Below, one piece after another: positions 47,554 to 55,900 of a DNA stretch of 64,000 nucleotides (position 1 is its first letter; each line of letters opens with the position of its first letter). Position numbers and translations under genes: made by a program. The notes under the pieces are model-generated. The model saw only the letters and a list, made by a program, of their open reading frames with translations. It had not been told where the DNA came from and did not search any database. The stretch is from Bacteroidales bacterium (GTDB lineage: Bacteria; Bacteroidota; Bacteroidia; Bacteroidales; DTU049), in assembly GCA_012520175.1 (NCBI GenBank), contig JAAYOU010000029.1, forward strand, positions 8,867-72,866, read 5' to 3'.

Positions 47554-47577
47554 AATAAATACTAAACTCTTATTGCT

Positions 47578-48288
47578 TTAAAAGTGATACTCAAAATTGT
47601 TTAACATCTCATAAATTGTCTCTTTTTCATTAAACATTGCTACATCAATAATAGAGAGCCAAGGTACGAATGTGTTTTTGAACTGTTGATATACTATATC
47701 TTTTGATTTTATAAAATTTAATTTTATGTTATGCTCTTTGAATCGATCTACAGAATACAACTCTAAGCCACCTATAGGATTTATATATATATCTGCGTTC
47801 AAATTCTTACAAATAGCTATAACTTTATTTTCTCCTTTATACTTTTCTATATCAATAGATAAATTAGAAGATTTTATTATTTCAGTGTTTATATTTAAAA
47901 AATCTTTCCATATTAATAAAGAATTGTAAATATAATCAAATAAATTTTTATTATGACAAAGCAATATTTTTTCAACCATTGGCATTATTTCATTAAACAT
48001 TGGTGCTTTTCTATATGCTTCAGTTATCTTATTCATTATTTTTTCAACCTCTTTTAAATGAAATTGTTCTGATAAAAATCGCTCATTAACATTTAAATAA
48101 TCTGAATCTTTTTTTAACGAAAGAGAAATATATTCATCTTTTCCATCAACCAAAATTCTATTTCTATTTATCCATCCTTTTTTTGTGTACTCAATGTTGT
48201 CATAAACTACAAAAACATCTACTAATTTCATTAATTGCCAATATCCTATGTATGGACAAAAATATGGTTGCATTATGGCTATTGTCAT
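47578..48288 (-). CDS. WbqC family protein
   Basis: The N-terminus IAIMQPYFCPYIGYWQLM is the characteristic WbqC opening. Confidence 0.75.
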   Translation of the reverse strand: MTIAIMQPYFCPYIGYWQLMKLVDVFVVYDNIEYTKKGWINRNRILVDGKDEYISLSLKKDSDYLNVNERFLSEQFHLKEVEKIMNKITEAYRKAPMFNEIMPMVEKILLCHNKNLFDYIYNSLLIWKDFLNINTEIIKSSNLSIDIEKYKGENKVIAICKNLNADIYINPIGGLELYSVDRFKEHNIKLNFIKSKDIVYQQFKNTFVPWLSIIDVAMFNEKETIYEMLNNFEYHF

Positions 48289-48296
48289 ATCATAAA

Positions 48297-49616
48297 CTAT
48301 TGTTTATACTTTATTTTACTTAATATATCAAAATTTTTTCGAGCTTTAGCTTTTACCAATGGAATTTGTTTATCTAGCATTTTTCTATACTCTTCAAGAT
48401 TACTAAATGCTCGTTCTATCTTTTCATTTAAATCGTTTTGTTTTGCCGGATCTGCTAGAAAGTCTTCAACACCTGCTTCTATGCAAAAGCCCTTCAACTT
48501 ATGTGCTTTAGGTTCATGACCATAGTCTATTACTACAGTAGGAACACTTTGTGAAAGTCCTGCTACTGCTCCATGTACTCTTCCAGACACAATCATATCA
48601 AACTTTCCAATAACAGCTTTTGTCTCCCATGCATTACAAACTCTATCAATAAGATGAACATTTTTAGCTATACCCCTATGTTTTAGCACATTATATAATT
48701 GTTGTGCGGTTTCATAATCCCGTCCATGTATAAGTTTAAATTCAAGTGGGGGTATAGGAAAACCATTTGAGTGCGACATCAAGAACACGCTAGCACCAAG
48801 TTTCTCTGTTATGAATTCAACAGCTTCTGCAAATATTGTAAATTCATCAACTCTTCTATTTTTTTTATCGAAAGGTGCCTCCAAAAAGTTCCATCCGCAC
48901 AGTATAAATCCGACTGTTTTTTGTTTGTTTCCAACTATCCCCAATTCTGTTGCAATAGCTGTAGCCACGTTATCATCTGACGGCTCAAACAAAAAAGCAG
49001 GACAAGCAAAGCTTTGAGTGTTTGACACATCAAATCCATATGATTTCATCAGCCCAATACTTAATGATTCTCTGTTAGTAACAAGTGTAAAGTTTTTATA
49101 AACTTCACGTGCAAACTCTAAATTGTTTAAATTACTAAATGGACCTGGTGAGCCAGCTAACATTACATTGGGTTTACCCATTAGCTGTGCTACTCTATCC
49201 TTTAAAAGACCTATAAGTAATCTATTTTTTCCTAAAAAGTCAGCATTATCGCCCCAAATATCACCGCTAAAATCTATTACAAGATCAGAACGCATTACGG
49301 CATCTATGTAAGGTGTAGTTTCCTTAAGTTCCCCTGTTTGAGCATATTTTTTAGCTATATTATATTCTCTTTCTGCTATAGGGAGATTATCTATTCCAAA
49401 GTCATAGTAATAGCCTATTGGCAATACTTCTACTTGCTCATCTTGACAAAAACGATCACTCATTTGAAATGTGGTAGAAATTTTTGCTTGGGGAAATACT
49501 CTATGTAATTCTCTTACAAAAGGTTCTATGATGTAGTAGTTACCTATATTTCCAAATTCCATTCGTCCCCAATGTAATGTGCATTGTCCTATTAGTAATA
49601 TATTTTTCATAAACAT
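48297..49616 (-). CDS. polysaccharide pyruvyl transferase family protein
   Basis: 439 aa. The GNIGNYYI N-terminal segment and the VSGRVHGAVAG C-terminal segment resemble WcaK/CsaB-type enzymes. Confidence 0.5.
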   Translation of the reverse strand: MFMKNILLIGQCTLHWGRMEFGNIGNYYIIEPFVRELHRVFPQAKISTTFQMSDRFCQDEQVEVLPIGYYYDFGIDNLPIAEREYNIAKKYAQTGELKETTPYIDAVMRSDLVIDFSGDIWGDNADFLGKNRLLIGLLKDRVAQLMGKPNVMLAGSPGPFSNLNNLEFAREVYKNFTLVTNRESLSIGLMKSYGFDVSNTQSFACPAFLFEPSDDNVATAIATELGIVGNKQKTVGFILCGWNFLEAPFDKKNRRVDEFTIFAEAVEFITEKLGASVFLMSHSNGFPIPPLEFKLIHGRDYETAQQLYNVLKHRGIAKNVHLIDRVCNAWETKAVIGKFDMIVSGRVHGAVAGLSQSVPTVVIDYGHEPKAHKLKGFCIEAGVEDFLADPAKQNDLNEKIERAFSNLEEYRKMLDKQIPLVKAKARKNFDILSKIKYKQ

Positions 49617-49669
49617 CTAAATTGTTTTAATAAAACATTTTTCATAGCTTTAGCTTTATCTTTATTTTA

Positions 49670-49957
49670 TTATTGGCTATTTTCTTTTGTATCAGGTTCA
49701 ATAATTTGCCAATAACCGCTTTTTGCAGGTCCAATACGTTGCAAAAATCCCATAGTTTTAAGTTTTGCTATATTTTCTTTGGTTTTTCTTAATGAAATTT
49801 GCAATATGTTTGATAGTTCTTGTGTTGTAATACGATTGTTTTTAGCTATTTCATTTATAATTATTTTTTGGTTATCGGTGACCTTATCGGTGACCTTATC
49901 TTTTAATTCAGCATTATCCTTTTCAGCAATTATATTATATATATCTTGTTGTGTCAT
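49670..49957 (-). CDS. stand-alone winged-helix DNA-binding protein
   Basis: 95 aa. NQKIIINEIAKNNRITTQELSNILQISLRKTKENIAKLKTMGFLQRIGPAKSGYWQI resembles the C-terminal HTH of larger putative-regulator proteins. It contains a 12-bp tandem duplication. Confidence 0.5.
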   Translation of the reverse strand: MTQQDIYNIIAEKDNAELKDKVTDKVTDNQKIIINEIAKNNRITTQELSNILQISLRKTKENIAKLKTMGFLQRIGPAKSGYWQIIEPDTKENSQ

Positions 49958-50007
49958 TTTATAATTACATTTAGTTTAGGTTATCTGCATTATTCTTAAT
50001 TTCATCA

Positions 50008-51129
50008 CTATCTTGTTTTAATAAGTTCAATAACTCTATCTATATCCTCTGCTTGTAATTCATGATACATAGGCAAGCAAATCACACTATTAGCCAACTT
50101 ATGTGCATTTGGCAGGTTAGATTTTTTTGCCGAAGGCAAACCCTTATAAGTAGGAAACTCACTAATCAATGGATAAAAGTATCTTCTACCAAATATATTT
50201 TTTTCTTGAAGTTTAAAGTAAAGTTCATCTCGAGTCATACCATAAGCAATTTCATCTACAAATATTGGAAAATAGGAATAGTTGTGTTTAACACCTGGTA
50301 TATCTTCCATAAATGAAATTCCTTCTACACTTTTTAATTCTTTACGATATTTTTCAGCTACTTGTTGACGTTGCGAAATTGCTTTGTTGACATGCTTTAA
50401 TTGTAATAAACCGTAAGCAGCACGCACTTCGTCTATTTTTCCATTTATACCGGGAGCAATAACTGTTGTCTCGCCAGCAAATCCAAAGTTTTTTAAGTAA
50501 TCAATTCGTTTTTTTGTCTCTGCATCGCGACAAACAAGGGCTCCACCCTCTATTGTATTATAAGTTTTTGTGGCATGGAAACTAAGAGTTGCCATATCAC
50601 CAGCTTCTAAAATTGATTTTCCATTTATTTCTACACCAAAAGCATGTGCAGCATCATAAATTACTTTTAGTCCATAAATGTCTGCAATTTCCTTAATACG
50701 CTCTATATTGCATGGATTACCATAGACATGCACAGGCATGATAGCAGTAGTTTTTGGTGTTATTGCAGCTTCTATCTTTTCGGGGTCAAGGTTTCCAGTT
50801 TTTAAGTCAACATCTACAAACACAGGTTTTATACCATTCCACCAGAGAGAATGGGTTGTTGCTACAAAGCTATATGGTGTTGTAATAACCTCGCCAGTAA
50901 TACGCAATGCTTGCAGAGCTACCATAATAGGTAGTGTACCATTAGTAAAAAGGCTTATATATTTAACTCCTAAATATTCCTGTAATTCTTCTTCTAATTT
51001 TTTATGAAACTGTCCAACATTTGTAATATGCTTGCTATTCCATATTTCTTTTAAATATACAACAAAATCTTCGAGAGGAGGAAGAAGTGGAGAAGTAACT
51101 GTAAGTTTTTTATTGTCTTTTTTATTCAT
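50008..51129 (-). CDS. DegT/DnrJ/EryC1/StrS family sugar aminotransferase
   Basis: I prefer the ATG at 51129 (MNKKDNKKL). The PLP-lysine context is SFHATKTYNTIEGGALV. Confidence 0.9.
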   Translation of the reverse strand: MNKKDNKKLTVTSPLLPPLEDFVVYLKEIWNSKHITNVGQFHKKLEEELQEYLGVKYISLFTNGTLPIMVALQALRITGEVITTPYSFVATTHSLWWNGIKPVFVDVDLKTGNLDPEKIEAAITPKTTAIMPVHVYGNPCNIERIKEIADIYGLKVIYDAAHAFGVEINGKSILEAGDMATLSFHATKTYNTIEGGALVCRDAETKKRIDYLKNFGFAGETTVIAPGINGKIDEVRAAYGLLQLKHVNKAISQRQQVAEKYRKELKSVEGISFMEDIPGVKHNYSYFPIFVDEIAYGMTRDELYFKLQEKNIFGRRYFYPLISEFPTYKGLPSAKKSNLPNAHKLANSVICLPMYHELQAEDIDRVIELIKTR

Positions 51130-51411
51130 AATATCAGACGATAAAATTATTTGCCAAAAATAACATCTTTTTGCAAAGATAGGTTTAATGTTCAAAAATA
51201 ATGATAAAATCTTCTGTAATCAAGTACAAATAATATTTTCAATGTGTTTTTAATGGTAAAATATCATTACTTTTGAACATTACCCTCAAAGATATAAAAT
51301 ATATTTTTAAAATTTGATTCTTTTGTACACACCGTCCTTTTTAAAAAATTAAACAAAATTTTTGGTTGCGTTAGAGATTAAATATTATTTTTGTGTTGCT
51401 AATTGATAAGT

Positions 51412-52884
51412 ATGGGTACATCCGTAAAAGATTCTTTTTTTAAAGGAATATTTTGGAATGCGACAGGAAAAATTAGCCATCAAGGAATATCTTTTGTCGT
51501 ATCCATTATTCTTTCTCGAATACTTGTTCCCGCAGAATTTGGAATGATAGCAATGCTAACAATTTTTACTGAAATTGCGAAGTGCTTTATAGATTCAGGT
51601 CTCGGAGCTGCTCTTATTCAAAAAAAAGACTGTACCTCCAAAGATTTTTCTACTGTTTTTTACTTTAATATTACTGTAAGTTTTATTTTCTACCTTATAC
51701 TTTTTTTTACAGCTCCTTTCATTGCAAAATTTTATGAGCTACCTGAACTCACAAACATAACTCGTCTTATTGCTCTTGTCTTTTTGATAAACTCATTTGG
51801 AACTATTCAGTCAACAATACTTTCAAAAAGTCTTAATTTTAAAAGTCTTAACATCGTGGCTGTTATTGCAGTAACAGTATCGGCAATAGTTGCTATAATC
51901 ATGTCGTTAAACGGTTTTGGTGTTTATTCAATAGTTGGTCAACACATATCTTATGCTCTTGTATCAAATTTATTATATTGGATTTTATCAGATTGGCGAC
52001 CCAGTTTTGTATTTTCAAAAAAATCATTCCGCGAACTTTTTGGTTTTGGATATAAACTTTTATTTTCAGCAATACTTAACCAAATATTTACACACCTTGA
52101 CAGCTTGCTGATTGGTAAAATATTTTCAGCAAAATCTCTGGGGCTTTATACAAGAGCAAAAACAACAAAAGATTTACCCATAAACAGCACAACAGGAATT
52201 GTACAATCCATACTTCTTCCTATTTTTTCAAAAATCAATAACGATGAACAACTTGCAGCTGTTGGATTAAAAATATATCGTATGTTTTTCTACATTATTT
52301 CCCCATTAATGGTTGGATTAATTATTACCGCCGAACCATTTATTATTACTCTTTTTTCTGACAAATGGCTCCCTTCTGCTCCTTGGATGCAAATAATTTG
52401 TATATCAGGAATTACATACCCACTGTCAGTTACATTATGTCATCTTATATTAGCAAAAGGGAAATCAGGTACTTTTTTAAAATTAGAAATAATAAAAAAA
52501 ACACTCACTTTATTAGCAATGATAATAGGATTATATTTTGGAATTAACGAGTTTCTTTGGTGTACTGTAATAGCCTCATATATAGGACTATATCTTAACT
52601 TAATTTATGCAGCAAACGCATTAAAAACAATAAAAAAGACTAAGTTTATAACCGCATTATTACCAGCTTTAGCAATATCTATCATAATGGGAATTTGTGT
52701 TTTTGGCATTAATTATCTTCAAATTGGCACACCTTGGATTAAATTAATTGTTATGACTTTTATTGGAATGTTAATATATGTCTTATTATCAAAGCTTTTC
52801 AATTTATGGGAGTATGGGTATATTAAGCAATTTATTATTGATAAGTTTAAGGAATATAAAGAATATAAAGCAAAAAAAATATAA
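51412..52884 (+). CDS. polysaccharide flippase (MOP/Wzx-type)
   Basis: I prefer ATG 51412 to the TTG at 51403. The protein has about 12-14 TM helices and the typical N-terminus (KGIFWNATGKISHQGISFVVSIILSRIL). A TAttTTTG box lies at 51386-51393. Confidence 0.75.
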   Translation: MGTSVKDSFFKGIFWNATGKISHQGISFVVSIILSRILVPAEFGMIAMLTIFTEIAKCFIDSGLGAALIQKKDCTSKDFSTVFYFNITVSFIFYLILFFTAPFIAKFYELPELTNITRLIALVFLINSFGTIQSTILSKSLNFKSLNIVAVIAVTVSAIVAIIMSLNGFGVYSIVGQHISYALVSNLLYWILSDWRPSFVFSKKSFRELFGFGYKLLFSAILNQIFTHLDSLLIGKIFSAKSLGLYTRAKTTKDLPINSTTGIVQSILLPIFSKINNDEQLAAVGLKIYRMFFYIISPLMVGLIITAEPFIITLFSDKWLPSAPWMQIICISGITYPLSVTLCHLILAKGKSGTFLKLEIIKKTLTLLAMIIGLYFGINEFLWCTVIASYIGLYLNLIYAANALKTIKKTKFITALLPALAISIIMGICVFGINYLQIGTPWIKLIVMTFIGMLIYVLLSKLFNLWEYGYIKQFIIDKFKEYKEYKAKKI

Positions 52885-52958
52885 ATATTTAAAATAAACT
52901 TTTACAATAAACGCTAAAACAAAAACACTCTTTTTAATAATTTATTTATATTTGTCAA

Positions 52959-52966
52959 TATTTTTG
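52959..52966 (+). promoter_or_regulatory. candidate -7 box TAttTTTG for the giant LamG/PKD gene
   Basis: tatttttg ends 13 nt before the ATG at 52979. A second TAtaTTTG lies at 52947-52954. Confidence 0.3.
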
Positions 52967-52978
52967 ATTAAATTCAAA

Positions 52979-55900
52979 ATGAAAAAATTATTTACTATAA
53001 TTCTCATAATATTATCAATAATAGATACTGTAAACTCACAGTCACTTCCGCAAGAAAATCTTCAACTCTGGTTACGAGCCGATTCTGTAGAAATTATTGA
53101 TGGAAAAGTTGCTCGTTGGTATGACCTTAGTTCAAATGAACATGTTATACAACAAACAAATCCTGAATATAGACCGATACAAATTATAAGCGAACTTAAT
53201 TCTCAACCAAGCATTTATTTTAATGGCACAAATAATTATTTTGATGGTGGAAATATCTTAAATATTGGATATGCTTCTCAAACTATGTTTGTAATTGCAA
53301 AATCTGAAAAAAACAGAGGTTCTATTTTGTCAAAAACTTTAACAGGACCAGCAGCAAATCGTTATGGATTACTCTTTTCAGATAATATTTCTTTTTTCTT
53401 TTGGGACAATACAGAGCGTAGGATAGCAACTGATTTAATAATGAATAAATTTTTATATTTAAACACTATAATTGATAAACAAATTAATAAAAACTTTTTT
53501 AATGTTAATAATGATTTAATTGGAGAAAAAACAATAGTTGCAAACCACAATATGACTTCTTCGTATAATTTTCTTATAGGAGCATCTGCAAATAACACAG
53601 GCGGTTTACCACCTTATAATGCATCTTATTTTCAAGGAGAAATTTCTGAAATTTTAATTTTTGATACGGTTTTGTCCCCAGAAAATTTTAATTTGGTTGA
53701 AAATTATTTGTTCGATAAATACACAGAAAAATTAGATCTTGGCGAAGATATAAATATTGACTATGGTTTTTGTGATACAAGTTTAACTGTTAGTGATAGT
53801 TTTACAGATATACTATGGTCAACAGGAGATACTTCAAAAAGTATACAAGTTAATAAATCTGGTTATTATTCTGTTTCTGCTAAAGATATTTTTGGCAGGA
53901 CTCAATATGATACTGTTTTTGTAAAATTTCCTTCACCAAATATTTCTAATTCAAATATTTGTTTAGGAGATTCTATTTTATACTCTCCTATTTTAACAGG
54001 AACTTATTTTTATTTATGGTCTGATTTAAGTTCTGAACCTGAAAAATATTATTCAGAACAAGGAGATTACTGGCTTAGAATAGAGGATAATAAAGCTTGC
54101 GTTGACACAGTGTTTTTTTCTATAACCTTTGACTATTTTAAAGACAGTATTGATTTGGGTTCAGACACCTCTCTATGTGCAGGAAACACTTTAAAACTCA
54201 AAAAAGGAGAAAACTTATGCTCAAGTTTTTTATGGTCGCCATCGGGCAATACTAATTCTTCAGAAATAGTAAATGAAACTGGTTGGTATAAATTAGAAGT
54301 TTATAATGAAAACTCTTGTTATGCTAGAGATTCTATTTTTGTAAATATTATAGGAACAGCTCCGTCTATTAATTATTCTGTAGAGAATCTTTGCTTTGGC
54401 GATACTACAGTTTTTTATGATAATTCTTCGCCTTCACCCGATATCTTGAGTTGGAAGTGGATAATAAATGAAAATGATACTATTTTTTCGCAAAATGCAG
54501 AATATGTCTTTTCCGATATTGGTCAACAAAATATTCAGTTGTTTATAAAAACATCAGGGTGTGATAATAATTTAGATTTTAGCGTAAACATAAAACCTAA
54601 AGCTCAGATAAGTTTCACAGCATTACCTTCTTGCTCTGGCATAGAAAATCAATTTATATCTTCTGTAAATATTCCAAGTTTTACAAATGTTTCTTCTTAT
54701 TCATGGCAAATGAATAATATTAAAATTGGCACAGAAGTAAATCTTTCTTATTTATTTCCTTCGGTCGGAGATTATAATTTGAATTTTGAGCTTGTTCTTG
54801 ATAATGGCTGTGTCTCAAGTTATGATTCTATAATAAATGTACAGAATTCTTATCCTTTGCCAGAATATTTTTCTGCAATATTTCCTAAAAATAATTATTT
54901 ACTAAGCTCTGACTCACAAAAAATTGATTTTACATGGAATTTTCCTCCAGATGCAAAGTTTTTTAAACTTCAGTTTTCTGATACTCAAAATTTTTCTAAT
55001 ATACTTTATGAAACTGAAAATATTTTTAATAATACATATTCTTACGACTTAAGTTTATTGCCAATAGACTCAATATTTTGGCGTATTCAGGCTTATAATT
55101 TTTGTGAAGATTTTGCAACTTCAAATACTTATTTAATTTATAAATTTTCTCCTACAAATTTATCAAATCTTGCTTTATGGCTCAGAGCCGACTCGGTAGA
55201 AATTATTGACGGAAAAGTTGTACGTTGGTATGACCTTAGTTCAAATGAACATATTATACAACAAACAAATCCTGAATATAGACCGATAAAAATTATAAGC
55301 GAACTTAATTCTCAACCATCAGTTTATTTTAACGGTACAAATAATTATTTTGATGGTGGAAATATCTTAAATATTGGATATGCTTCTCAAACTATGTTTG
55401 TAATTGCAAAATCTGAAAAAAATAGAGGTTCTATTTTGTCAAAAACTTTAACAGGACCAACAGCAAATCGTTATGGATTACTCTTTTCAGATAATATTTC
55501 TTTTTTCTTTTGGGACAATACAGAACGTAGGATAGCAACTGATTTAATAATGAATAAATTTTTATATTTAAACACTATAGTTGATAAACAAATTAATAAA
55601 ATCTTTTTCAATGTTAATAATGATTATATTGGGGAAAAAATAATAGCTGCAAACTACGATATGACTTCTACATATAATTTTCTTATTGGCGCATCGGCAA
55701 ATAACACAGGTGGTTTACCACCTTATAATACATCATATTTTCAAGGAGAAATTTCTGAAATTTTAATTTTTGATACAGTTTTGTCTTCAAAAGATTTTAC
55801 TTTAGTTGAAAATTACTTATTGAGTAAATATATTCCGCCCGTCAATTTAGGTGCTGATATAAATATTCCATACGGATTATGTCCGCAGACCTTAAAAACT

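Noticed and set aside
52952-52978. Track start codons at TTG 52952, TTG 51403, TTG 27380, 30235, 36081, 36111 and 51195
   Set aside because: In each case a downstream ATG gives a canonical signal peptide or family-typical N-terminus (52979, 51412, 27383, 30268, 36147, 36069, 51129). The extensions add implausible residues.
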